The notes below the pieces were generated by a model that ran no database searches, was not told where the DNA came from, and saw only the letters and a list, made by a program, of their open reading frames with translations. The position numbers and the translations under genes were made by a program. From Auanema rhodensis (Eukaryota; Animalia; Nematoda), in the NCBI GenBank assembly GCA_964057225.1, contig OZ059898.1, forward strand, positions 20,708,001-20,772,000: a stretch of DNA of 64,000 bases, read 5' to 3'. Positions 13,391-28,300 of the stretch are shown piece after piece; the stretch's first letter is position 1; each line of letters starts with the position of its first letter.

Positions 13391-16300
13391 CATGACTTTG
13401 AAATTTACGTGAACTTTAATTTATGCTAATTAAATGTACACGTGATGTGCACTTGGTATGTAACTCGCTTCACGTGAAAGATAAAGAGATGCGGTTTTCA
13501 AAATTAGATTCCCCATGTCCATATTAGTCTAAAAACAAATTTTTATTGATATTGGTGCATGGTAACCATAACTTTGAAATTTACGTGAACTTTAATTTAT
13601 GCTAATTAAATGTACACGTGATGTGCACTTGGTATGTAACTCGCTTCACGTGAAAGATAAAGAGATGCGGTTTTCAAAATTAGATTCCCCATGTCCATAT
13701 TAGTCTAAAAACAAATTTTTATTGATATTGGTGCATGGTAACCATGACTTTGAAATTTACGTGAACTTTAATTTATGCTAATTAAATGTACACGTGATGT
13801 GCACTTGGTATGTAACTCGCTTCACGTGAAAGATAAAGAGATGCGGTTTACAAAATTAGATTCCCCATGTCCATATTAGTCTAAAAACAAATTTTTATTG
13901 ATATTGGTGCATGGTAACCATGACTTTGAAATTTACGTGAACTTTAATTTATGCTAATTAAATGTACACGTGATGTGCACTTGGTATGTAACTCGCTTCA
14001 CGTGAAAGATAAAGAGATGCGGTTTTCAAAATTAGATTCCCCATGTCCATATTAGTCTAAAAACAAATTTTTATTGATATTGGTGCATGGTAACCATGAC
14101 TTTGAAATTTACGTGAACTTTAATTTATGCTAATTAAATGTACACGTGATGTGCACTTGGTATGTAACTCGCTTCACGTAAAAGATAAAGAGATGCGGTT
14201 TTCAAAATTAGATTTCCCATGTCCATATTAGTCTAAAAACAAATTTTTATTGATATTGGTTCATGGTAACCATGACTTTGAAATTTACGTGAACTTTAAT
14301 TTATGCTAATTAAATGTACACGTGATGTGCTCTTGGTATGTAACTCGCTTCACGTGAAAGAAAAAGAGATGCGGTTTTCAAAATTAGATTCCCCATGTCC
14401 ATATTAGTCTAAAAACAAATGTTTATTGATATTGGTGCATGGTAACCATGACTTTGAAATTTACGTGAACTTTAATTTATGCTAATTAAATGTACACGTG
14501 ATGTGCACTTGGTATGTAACTCGCTTCACGTGAAAGATAAAGAGATGCGGTTTTCGAAATTAGATTCCCCATGTCCATATTAGTCTAAAAACAAATTTTT
14601 ATTGATATTGGTTCATGGTAACCATGACTTTGAAATTTACGTGAACTTTAATTTATGCTAATTAAATGTACACGTGATGTGCTCTTGGTATGTAACTCGC
14701 TTCACGTGAAAGATAAAGAGATGCGGTTTTCAAAATTAGATTCCCCATGTCCATATTAGTCTAAAAACGAATTTTTATTGATATTGGTTCATGGTAACCA
14801 TGACTTTGAAATTTACGTGAACTTTAATTTATGCTAATTAAATGTACACGTGATGTGCACTTGGTATGTAACTCGCTTCACGTGAAAGATAAAGAGATGC
14901 GGTTTTCAAAATTAGATTCCCCATGTCCATATTAGTCTAAAAACAAATTTTTATTGATATTGGTGCATGGTAACCATGACTTTGAAATTTACGTGAACTT
15001 TAATTTATGCTAATTAAATGTACACGTGATGTGCACTTGGTATGTAACTCGCTTCACGTGAAAGATAAAGAGATGCGGTTTTCAAAATTAGATTCCCCAT
15101 GTCCATATTAGTCTAAAAACAAATTTTTATTGATATTGGTGCATGGTAACCATGACTTTGAAATTTACGTGAACTTTAATTTATGCTAATTAAATGTACA
15201 CGTGATGTGCACTTGGTATGTAACTCGCTTCACGTGAAAGATAAAGAGATGCGGTTTTCAAAATTAGATTCCCCATGTCCATATTAGTCTAAAAACGAAT
15301 TTTTATTGATATTGGTTCATGGTAACCATGACTTTGAAATTTACGTGAACTTTAATTTATGCTAATTAAATGTACACGTGATGTGCACTTGGTATGTAAC
15401 TCGCTTCACGTGAAAGATAAAGAGATGCGGTTCTCAAAATTAGATTCCCCATGTCCATATTAGTCTAAAAACAAATTTTTATTGATATTGGTGCATGGTA
15501 ACCATGACTTTGAAATTTACGTGAACTTTAATTAATGCTAATTAAATGTACACGTGATGTGCACTTGGTATGTAACTCGCTTCACGTGAAAGATAAAGAG
15601 ATGCGGTTTTCAAAATTAGATTCCCCATGTCCATATTAGTCTAAAAACAAATTTTTATTGATATTGGTGCATGGTAACCATGACTTTGAAATTTACGTGA
15701 ACTTTAATTTATGCTAATTAAATGTACACGTGATGTGCACTTGGTATGTAACTCGCTTCACGTGAAAGATAGAGAGATGCGGTTTTCAAAATTAGATTCC
15801 CCATGACCATATTAGTCTAAAAACAAATTTTTATTGATTTTGGTGCATGGTAACCATGACTTTGAAATTTACGTGAACTTTAATTTATGCTAATTAAATG
15901 TACACGTGATGTGCACTTGGTATGTAACTCGCTTCACGTGAAAGATAAAGAGATGCGGTTTTCAAAATTAGATTCCCCATGTCCATATTAGTCTAAAAAC
16001 AAATTTTTATTGATATTGGTGCATGGTAACCATGACTTTGAAATTTACGTGAACTTTAATTTATGCTAATTAAATGTACACGTGATGTGCACTTGGTATG
16101 TAACTCGCTTCACGTAAAAGATAAAGAGATGCGGTTTTTAAAATCAGATTCCCCATGCCCATATTAGTCTAAAAACAAATTTTTATTGATATTGGTGCAT
16201 GGTAACCATGACTTTGAAATTTACGTGAACTTTAATTTATGCTAATTAAATGTACACGTGATGTGCACTTGGTATGTAACTCGCTTCACGTGAAAGATAA

Positions 16301-19300
16301 AGAGATGCGGTTTTCAAAATTAGATTCCCCATTTCCATATTAGTCTAAAAACAAATTTTTACTGATATTGGTTCATGGTAACCATGACTTTGAAATTTAC
16401 GTGAACTTTAATTTATGCTAATTAAATGTACACGTGATGTGCACTTGGTATGTAACTCGCTTCACGTGAAAGATAAAGAGATGCGGTTTTCAAAATTAGA
16501 TTCCCCATGTCCATATTAGTCTAAAAACAAATTTTTATTGATATTGGTGCATGGTAACCATGACTTTGAAATTTACGTGAACTTTAATTTATGCTAATTA
16601 AATGTACACGTGATGTGCACTTGGTATGTAACTCGCTTCACGTGAAAGATAAAGAGATGCGGTTTTCAAAATTAGATTCCCCATGTCCATATTAGTCTAA
16701 AAACAAATTTTTATTGATATTGGTGCATGGTAACCATGACTTTGAAATTTACGTGAACTTTAATTTATGCTAATTAAATGTACACGTGATGTGCACTTGG
16801 TATGTAACTCGCTTCACGTGAAAGATAAAGAGATGCGGTTTTCAAAATTAGATTCCCCATGTCCATATTAGTCTAAAAACAAATTTTTATTGATATTGGT
16901 GCATGGTAACCATGACTTTGAAATTTACGTGAACTTTAATTTATGCTAATTAAATGTACACGTGATGTGCACTTGGTATGTAACTCGCTTCACGTGAAAG
17001 ATAAAGAGATGCGGTTTTCAAAATTAGATTCCCCATGTCCATATTAGTCTAAAAACGAATTTTTATTGATATTGGTTCATGGTAACCATGACTTTGAAAT
17101 TTACGTGAACTTTAATTTATGCTAATTAAATGTACACGTGATGTGCACTTGGTATGTAACTCGCTTCACGTGAAAGATAAAGAGATGCGGTTCTCAAAAT
17201 TAGATTCCCCATGTCCATATTAGTCTAAAAACAAATTTTTATTGATATTGGTGCATGGTAACCATGACTTTGAAATTTACGTGAACTTTAATTAATGCTA
17301 ATTAAATGTACACGTGATGTGCACTTGGTATGTAACTCGCTTCACGTGAAAGATAAAGAGATGCGGTTTTCAAAATTAGATTCCCCATGTCCATATTAGT
17401 CTAAAAACAAATTTTTATTGATATTGGTGCATGGTAACCATGACTTTGAAATTTACGTGAACTTTAATTTATGCTAATTAAATGTACACGTGATGTGCAC
17501 TTGGTATGTAACTCGCTTCACGTGAAAGATAAAGAGATGCGGTTTTCAAAATTAGATTCCCCATGACCATATTAGTCTAAAAACAAATTTTTATTGATTT
17601 TGGTGCATGGTAACCATGACTTTGAAATTTACGTGAACTTTAATTTATGCTAATTAAATGTACACGTGATGTGCACTTGGTATGTAACTCGCTTCACGTG
17701 AAAGATAAAGAGATGCGGTTTTCAAAATTAGATTCCCCATGTCCATATTAGTCTAAAAACAAATTTTTATTGATATTGGTGCATGGTAACCATGACTTTG
17801 AAATTTACGTGAACTTTAATTTATGCTAATTAAATGTACACGTGATGTGCACTTGGTATGTAACTCGCTTCACGTAAAAGATAAAGAGATGCGGTTTTTA
17901 AAATCAGATTCCCCATGCCCATATTAGTCTAAAAACAAATTTTTATTGATATTGGTGCATGGTAACCATGACTTTGAAATTTACGTGAACTTTAATTTAT
18001 GCTAATTAAATGTACACGTGATGTGCACTTGGTATGTAACTCGCTTCACGTGAAAGATAAAGAGATGCGGTTTTCAAAATTAGATTCCCCATTTCCATAT
18101 TAGTCTAAAAACAAATTTTTACTGATATTGGTTCATGGTAACCATGACTTTGAAATTTACGTGAACTTTAATTTATGCTAATTAAATGTACACGTGATGT
18201 GCACTTGGTATGTAACTCGCTTCACGTGAAAGATAAAGAGATGCGGTTTTCAAAATTAGATTCCCCATGTCCATATTAGTCTAAAAACAAATTTTTATTG
18301 ATATTGGTGCATGGTAACCATGACTTTGAAATTTACGTGAACTTTAATTTATGCTAATTAAATGTACACGTGATGTGCACTTGGTATGTAACTCGCTTCA
18401 CGTGAAAGATAAAGAGATGCGGTTTTCAAAATTAGATTCCCCATGTCCATATTAGTCTAAAAACAAATTTTTATTGATTTTGGTGCATGGTAACCATGAC
18501 TTTGAAATTTACGTGAACTTTAATTTATGCTAATTAAATGTACACGTGATGTGCACTTGGTATGTAACTCGCTTCACGTGAAAGATAAAGAGATGCGGTT
18601 TTCGAAATTAGATTCCCCATGTCCATATTAGTCTAAAAACAAATTTTTATTGATATTGGTTCATGGTAACCATGACTTTGAAATTTACGTGAACTTTAAT
18701 TTATGCTAATTAAATGTACACGTGATGTGCTCTTGGTATGTAACTCGCTTCACGTGAAAGAAAAAGAGATGCGGTTTTCAAAATTAGATTCCCCATGTCC
18801 ATATTAGTCTAAAAACAAATGTTTATTGATATTGGTGCATGGTAACCATGACTTTGAAATTTACGTGAACTTTAATTTATGCTAATTAAATGTACACGTG
18901 ATGTGCACTTGGTATGTAACTCGCTTCACGTGAAAGATAAAGAGATGCGGTTTTCAAAATTAGATTCCCCATGTCCATATTAGTCTAAAAACGAATTTTT
19001 ATTGATATTGGTTCATGGTAACCATGACTTTGAAATTTACGTGAACTTTAATTTATGCTAATTAAATGTACACGTGATGTGCACTTGGTATGTAACTCGC
19101 TTCACGTGAAAGATAAAGAGATGCGGTTTTCAAAATTAGATTCCCCATGTCCATATTAGTCTAAAAACAAATTTTTATTGATATTGGTGCATGGTAACCA
19201 TGACTTTGAAATTTACGTGAACTTTAATTTATGCTAATTAAATGTACACGTGATGTGCACTTGGTATGTAACTCGCTTCACGTGAAAGATAAAGAGATGC

Positions 19301-22300
19301 GGTTTTCAAAATTAGATTCCCCATGTCCATATTAGTCTAAAAACAAATTTTTATTGATATTGGTGCATGGTAACCATGACTTTGAAATTTACGTGAACTT
19401 TAATTTATGCTAATTAAATGTACACGTGATGTGCACTTGGTATGTAACTCGCTTCACGTGAAAGATAAAAAGATGCGGTTTTTAAAATTAGATTCCCCAT
19501 GTCCATATTAGTCTAAAAACGAATTTTTATTGATATTGGTTCATGGTAACCATGACTTTGAAATTTACGTGAACTTTAATTTATGCTAATTAAATGTACA
19601 CGTGATGTGCACTTGGTATGTAACTCGCTTCACGTGAAAGATAAAGAGATGCGGTTCTCAAAATTAGATTCCCCATGTCCATATTAGTCTAAAAACAAAT
19701 TTTTATTGATATTGGTGCATGGTAACCATGACTTTGAAATTTACGTGAACTTTAATTTATGCTAATTAAATGTACACGTGATGTGCACTTGGTATGTAAC
19801 TCGCTTCACGTGAAAGATAAAGAGATGCGGTTTTCAAAATTAGATTCCCCATGTCCATATTAGTCTAAAAACAAATTTTTATTGATATTGGTGCATGGTA
19901 ACCATGACTTTGAAATTTACGTGAACTTTAATTTATGCTAATTAAATGTACACGTGATGTGCACTTGGTATGTAACTCGCTTCACGTAAAAGATAAAGAG
20001 ATGCGGTTTTCAAAATTAGATTTCCCATGTCCATATTAGTCTAAAAACAAATTTTTATTGATATTGGTTCATGGTAACCATGACTTTGAAATTTACGTGA
20101 ACTTTAATTTATGCTAATTAAATGTACACGTGATGTGCTCTTGGTATGTAACTCGCTTCACGTGAAAGAAAAAGAGATGCGGTTTTCAAAATTAGATTCC
20201 CCATGTCCATATTAGTCTAAAAACAAATGTTTATTGATATTGGTGCATGGTAACCATGACTTTGAAATTTACGTGAACTTTAATTTATGCTAATTAAATG
20301 TACACGTGATGTGCACTTGGTATGTAACTCGCTTCACGTGAAAGATAAAGAGATGCGGTTTTCGAAATTAGATTCCCCATGTCCATATTAGTCTAAAAAC
20401 AAATTTTTATTGATATTGGTTCATGGTAACCATGACTTTGAAATTTACGTGAACTTTAATTTATGCTAATTAAATGTACACGTGATGTGCTCTTGGTATG
20501 TAACTCGCTTCACGTGAAAGAAAAAGAGATGCGGTTTTCAAAATTAGATTCCCCATGTCCATATTAGTCTAAAAACAAATGTTTATTGATATTGGTGCAT
20601 GGTAACCATGACTTTGAAATTTACGTGAACTTTAATTTATGCTAATTAAATGTACACGTGATGTGCACTTGGTATGTAACTCGCTTCACGTGAAAGATAA
20701 AGAGATGCGGTTTTCAAAATTAGATTCCCCATGTCCATATTAGTCTAAAAACGAATTTTTATTGATATTGGTTCATGGTAACCATGACTTTGAAATTTAC
20801 GTGAACTTTAATTTATGCTAATTAAATGTACACGTGATGTGCACTTGGTATGTAACTCGCTTCACGTGAAAGATAAAGAGATGCGGTTTTCAAAATTAGA
20901 TTCCCCATGTCCATATTAGTCTAAAAACAAATTTTTATTGATATTGGTGCATGGTAACCATGACTTTGAAATTTACGTGAACTTTAATTTATGCTAATTA
21001 AATGTACACGTGATGTGCACTTGGTATGTAACTCGCTTCACGTGAAAGATAAAGAGATGCGGTTTTCAAAATTAGATTCCCCATGTCCATATTAGTCTAA
21101 AAACAAATTTTTATTGATATTGGTGCATGGTAACCATGACTTTGAAATTTACGTGAACTTTAATTTATGCTAATTAAATGTACACGTGATGTGCACTTGG
21201 TATGTAACTCGCTTCACGTGAAAGATAAAAAGATGCGGTTTTTAAAATTAGATTCCCCATGTCCATATTAGTCTAAAAACGAATTTTTATTGATATTGGT
21301 TCATGGTAACCATGACTTTGAAATTTACGTGAACTTTAATTTATGCTAATTAAATGTACACGTGATGTGCACTTGGTATGTAACTCGCTTCACGTGAAAG
21401 ATAAAGAGATGCGGTTCTCAAAATTAGATTCCCCATGTCCATATTAGTCTAAAAACAAATTTTTATTGATATTGGTGCATGGTAACCATGACTTTGAAAT
21501 TTACGTGAACTTTAATTTATGCTAATTAAATGTACACGTGATGTGCACTTGGTATGTAACTCGCTTCACGTGAAAGATAAAGAGATGCGGTTTTCAAAAT
21601 TAGATTCCCCATGTCCATATTAGTCTAAAAACAAATTTTTATTGATATTGGTGCATGGTAACCATGACTTTGAAATTTACGTGAACTTTAATTTATGCTA
21701 ATTAAATGTACACGTGATGTGCACTTGGTATGTAACTCGCTTCACGTGAAAGATAAAGAGATGCGGTTTTCAAAATTAGATTCCCCATGTCCATATTAGT
21801 CTAAAAACAAATTTTTATTGATTTTGGTGCATGGTAACCATGACTTTGAAATTTACGTGAACTTTAATTTATGCTAATTAAATGTACACGTGATGTGCAC
21901 TTGGTATGTAACTCGCTTCACGTGAAAGATAAAGAGATGCGGTTTTCAAAATTAGATTCCCCATGTCCATATTAGTCTAAAAACAAATTTTTATTGATAT
22001 TGGTGCATGGTAACCATGACTTTGAAATTTACGTGAACTTTAATTTATGCTAATTAAATGTACACGTGATGTGCACTTGGTATGTAACTCGCTTCACGTA
22101 AAAGATAAAGAGATGCGGTTTTTAAAATCAGATTCCCCATGCCCATATTAGTCTAAAAACAAATTTTTATTGATATTGGTGCATGGTAACTATGACTTTG
22201 AAATTTACGTGAACTTTAATTTATGCTAATTAAATGTACACGTGATGTGCACTTGGTATGTAACTCGCTTCACGTGAAAGATAAAGAGATGCGGTTTTCA

Positions 22301-25300
22301 AAATTAGATTCCCCATGTCCATATTAGTCTAAAAACAAATTTTTACTGATATTGGTTCATGGTAACCATGACTTTGAAATTTACGTGAACTTTAATTTAT
22401 GCTAATTAAATGTACACGTGATGTGCTCTTGGTATGTAACTCGCTTCACGTGAAAGATAAAGAGATGCGGTTTTCAAAATTAGATTCCCCATGTCCATAT
22501 TAGTCTAAAAACGAATTTTTATTGATATTGGTTCATGGTAACCATGACTTTGAAATTTACGTGAACTTTAATTTATGCTAATTAAATGTACACGTGATGT
22601 GCACTTGGTATGTAACTCGCTTCACGTGAAAGATAAAGAGATGCGGTTTTCAAAATTAGATTCCCCATGTCCATATTAGTCTAAAAACAAATTTTTATTG
22701 ATATTGGTGCATGGTAACCATGACTTTGAAATTTACGTGAACTTTAATTTATGCTAATTAAATGTACACGTGATGTGCACTTGGTATGTAACTCGCTTCA
22801 CGTGAAAGATAAAGAGATGCGGTTTTCAAAATTAGATTCCCCATGTCCATATTAGTCTAAAAACAAATTTTTATTGATATTGGTGCATGGTAACCATGAC
22901 TTTGAAATTTACGTGAACTTTAATTTATGCTAATTAAATGTACACGTGATGTGCACTTGGTATGTAACTCGCTTCACGTAAAAGATAAAGAGATGCGGTT
23001 TTCAAAATTAGATTTCCCATGTCCATATTAGTCTAAAAACAAATTTTTATTGATATTGGTTCATGGTAACCATGACTTTGAAATTTACGTGAACTTTAAT
23101 TTATGCTAATTAAATGTACACGTGATGTGCTCTTGGTATGTAACTCGCTTCACGTGAAAGAAAAAGAGATGCGGTTTTCAAAATTAGATTCCCCATGTCC
23201 ATATTAGTCTAAAAACAAATGTTTATTGATATTGGTGCATGGTAACCATGACTTTGAAATTTACGTGAACTTTAATTTATGCTAATTAAATGTACACGTG
23301 ATGTGCACTTGGTATGTAACTCGCTTCACGTGAAAGATAAAGAGATGCGGTTTTCGAAATTAGATTCCCCATGTCCATATTAGTCTAAAAACAAATTTTT
23401 ATTGATATTGGTTCATGGTAACCATGACTTTGAAATTTACGTGAACTTTAATTTATGCTAATTAAATGTACACGTGATGTGCTCTTGGTATGTAACTCGC
23501 TTCACGTGAAAGAAAAAGAGATGCGGTTTTCAAAATTAGATTCCCCATGTCTATATTAGTCTAAAAACAAATGTTTATTGATATTGGTGCATGGTAACCA
23601 TGACTTTGAAATTTACGTGAACTTTAATTTATGCTAATTAAATGTACACGTGATGTGCACTTGGTATGTAACTCGCTTCACGTGAAAGATAAAGAGATGC
23701 GGTTTTCAAAATTAGATTCCCCATGTCCATATTAGTCTAAAAACGAATTTTTATTGATATTGGTTCATGGTAACCATGACTTTGAAATTTACGTGAACTT
23801 TAATTTATGCTAATTAAATGTACACGTGATGTGCACTTGGTATGTAACTCGCTTCACGTGAAAGATAAAGAGATGCGGTTTTCAAAATTAGATTCCCCAT
23901 GTCCATATTAGTCTAAAAACAAATTTTTATTGATATTGGTGCATGGTAACCATGACTTTGAAATTTACGTGAACTTTAATTTATGCTAATTAAATGTACA
24001 CGTGATGTGCACTTGGTATGTAACTCGCTTCACGTGAAAGATAAAGAGATGCGGTTTTCAAAATTAGATTCCCCATGTCCATATTAGTCTAAAAACAAAT
24101 GTTTATTGATATTGGTGCATGGTAACCATGACTTTGAAATTTACGTGAACTTTAATTTATGCTAATTAAATGTACACGTGATGTGCACTTGGTATGTAAC
24201 TCGCTTCACGTGAAAGATAAAGAGATGCGGTTTTCGAAATTAGATTCCCCATGTCCATATTAGTCTAAAAACAAATTTTTATTGATATTGGTTCATGGTA
24301 ACCATGACTTTGAAATTTACGTGAACTTTAATTTATGCTAATTAAATGTACACGTGATGTGCTCTTGGTATGTAACTCGCTTCACGTGAAAGAAAAAGAG
24401 ATGCGGTTTTCAAAATTAGATTCCCCATGTCCATATTAGTCTAAAAACAAATGTTTATTGATATTGGTGCATGGTAACCATGACTTTGAAATTTACGTGA
24501 ACTTTAATTTATGCTAATTAAATGTACACGTGATGTGCACTTGGTATGTAACTCGCTTCACGTGAAAGATAAAGAGATGCGGTTTTCAAAATTAGATTCC
24601 CCATGTCCATATTAGTCTAAAAACGAATTTTTATTGATATTGGTTCATGGTAACCATGACTTTGAAATTTACGTGAACTTTAATTTATGCTAATTAAATG
24701 TACACGTGATGTGCACTTGGTATGTAACTCGCTTCACGTGAAAGATAAAGAGATGCGGTTTTCAAAATTAGATTCCCCATGTCCATATTAGTCTAAAAAC
24801 AAATTTTTATTGATATTGGTGCATGGTAACCATGACTTTGAAATTTACGTGAACTTTAATTTATGCTAATTAAATGTACACGTGATGTGCACTTGGTATG
24901 TAACTCGCTTCACGTGAAAGATAAAGAGATGCGGTTTTCAAAATTAGATTCCCCATGTCCATATTAGTCTAAAAACAAATTTTTATTGATATTGGTGCAT
25001 GGTAACCATGACTTTGAAATTTACGTGAACTTTAATTTATGCTAATTAAATGTACACGTGATGTGCACTTGGTATGTAACTCGCTTCACGTGAAAGATAA
25101 AGAGATGCGGTTTTTAAAATTAGATTCCCCATGTCCATATTAGTCTAAAAACGAATTTTTATTGATATTGGTTCATGGTAACCATGACTTTGAAATTTAC
25201 GTGAACTTTAATTTATGCTAATTAAATGTACACGTGATGTGCACTTGGTATGTAACTCGCTTCACGTGAAAGATAAAGAGATGCGGTTCTCAAAATTAGA

Positions 25301-28300
25301 TTCCCCATGTCCATATTAGTCTAAAAACAAATTTTTATTGATATTGGTGCATGGTAACCATGACTTTGAAATTTACGTGAACTTTAATTTATGCTAATTA
25401 AATGTACACGTGATGTGCACTTGGTATGTAACTCGCTTCACGTGAAAGATAAAGAGATGCGGTTTTCAAAATTAGATTCCCCATGTCCATATTAGTCTAA
25501 AAACAAATTTTTATTGATATTGGTGCATGGTAACCATGACTTTGAAATTTACGTGAACTTTAATTTATGCTAATTAAATGTACACGTGATGTGCACTTGG
25601 TATGTAACTCGCTTCACGTGAAAGATAAAGAGATGCGGTTTTCAAAATTAGATTCCCCATGTCCATATTAGTCTAAAAACAAATTTTTATTGATTTTGGT
25701 GCATGGTAACCATGACTTTGAAATTTACGTGAACTTTAATTTATGCTAATTAAATGTACACGTGATGTGCACTTGGTATGTAACTCGCTTCACGTGAAAG
25801 ATAAAGAGATGCGGTTTTCAAAATTAGATTCCCCATGTCCATATTAGTCTAAAAACAAATTTTTATTGATATTGGTGCATGGTAACCATGACTTTGAAAT
25901 TTACGTGAACTTTAATTTATGCTAATTAAATGTACACGTGATGTGCACTTGGTATGTAACTCGCTTCACGTAAAAGATAAAGAGATGCGGTTTTTAAAAT
26001 CAGATTCCCCATGCCCATATTAGTCTAAAAACAAATTTTTATTGATATTGGTGCATGGTAACCATGACTTTGAAATTTACGTGAACTTTAATTTATGCTA
26101 ATTAAATGTACACGTGATGTGCACTTGGTATGTAACTCGCTTCACGTGAAAGATAAAGAGATGCGGTTTTCAAAATTAGATTCCCCATGTCCATATTAGT
26201 CTAAAAACAAATTTTTACTGATATTGGTTCATGGTAACCATGACTTTGAAATTTACGTGAACTTTAATTTATGCTAATTAAATGTACACGTGATGTGCTC
26301 TTGGTATGTAACTCGCTTCACGTGAAAGATAAAGAGATGCGGTTTTCAAAATTAGATTCCCCATGTCCATATTAGTCTAAAAACGAATTTTTATTGATAT
26401 TGGTTCATGGTAACCATGACTTTGAAATTTACGTGAACTTTAATTTATGCTAATTAAATGTACACGTGATGTGCACTTGGTTTGTAACTCGCTTCACGTG
26501 AAAGATAAAGAGATGCGGTTTTCAAAATTAGATTCCCCATGTCCATATTAGTCTAAAAACAAATTTTTATTGATATTGGTGCATGGTAACCATGACTTTG
26601 AAATTTACGTGAACTTTAATTTATGCTAATTAAATGTACACGTGATGTGCACTTGGTATGTAACTCGCTTCACGTGAAAGATAAAGAGATGCGGTTTTCA
26701 AAATTAGATTCCCCATGTCCATATTAGTCTAAAAACAAATTTTTATTGATATTGGTGCATGGTAACCATGACTTTGAAATTTACGTGAACTTTAATTTAT
26801 GCTAATTAAATGTACACGTGATGTGCACTTGGTATGTAACTCGCTTCACGTGAAAGATAAAGAGATGCGGTTTTCAAAATTAGATTCCCCATGTCCATAT
26901 TAGTCTAAAAACGAATTTTTATTGATATTGGTTCATGGTAACCATGACTTTGAAATTTACGTGAACTTTAATTTATGCTAATTAAATGTACACGTGATGT
27001 GCACTTGGTATGTAACTCGCTTCACGTGAAAGATAAAGAGATGCGGTTCTCAAAATTAGATTCCCCATGTCCATATTAGTCTAAAAACAAATTTTTATTG
27101 ATATTGGTGCATGGTAACCATGACTTTGAAATTTACGTGAACTTTAATTTATGCTAATTAAATGTACACGTGATGTGCACTTGGTATGTAACTCGCTTCA
27201 CGTGAAAGATAAAGAGATGCGGTTTTCAAAATTAGATTCCTCATGTCCATATTAGTCTAAAAACAAATTTTTATTGATATTGGTGCATGGTAACCATGAC
27301 TTTGAAATTTACGTGAACTTTAATTTATGCTAATTAAATGTACACGTGATGTGCACTTGGTATGTAACTCGCTTCACGTGAAAGATAAAGAGATGCGGTT
27401 TTCAAAATTAGATTCCCCATGACCATATTAGTCTAAAAACAAATTTTTATTGATTTTGGTGCATGGTAACCATGACTTTGAAATTTACGTGAACTTTAAT
27501 TTATGCTAATTAAATGTACACGTGATGTGCACTTGGTATGTAACTCGCTTCACGTGAAAGATAAAGAGATGCGGTTTTCAAAATTAGATTCCCCATGTCC
27601 ATATTAGTCTAAAAACAAATTTTTATTGATATTGGTGCATGGTAACCATGACTTTGAAATTTACGTGAACTTTAATTTATGCTAATTAAATGTACACGTG
27701 ATGTGCACTTGGTATGTAACTCGCTTCACGTAAAAGATAAAGAGATGCGGTTTTTAAAATCAGATTCCCCATGCCCATATTAGTCTAAAAACAAATTTTT
27801 ATTGATATTGGTGCATGGTAACCATGACTTTGAAATTTACGTGAACTTTAATTTATGCTAATTAAATGTACACGTGATGTGCACTTGGTATGTAACTCGC
27901 TTCACGTGAAAGATAAAGAGATGCGGTTTTCAAAATTAGATTCCCCATGTCCATATTAGTCTAAAAACAAATTTTTACTGATATTGGTTCATGGTAACCA
28001 TGACTTTGAAATTTACGTGAACTTTAATTTATGCTAATTAAATGTACACGTGATGTGCACTTGGTATGTAACTCGCTTCACGTGAAAGATAAAGAGATGC
28101 GGTTTTCAAAATTAGATTCCCCATGTCCATATTAGTCTAAAAACAAATTTTTATTGATATTGGTGCATGGTAACCATGACTTTGAAATTTACGTGAACTT
28201 TAATTTATGCTAATTAAATGTACACGTGATGTGCACTTGGTATGTAACTCGCTTCACGTGAAAGATAAAGAGATGCGGTTTTCAAAATTAGATTCCCCAT

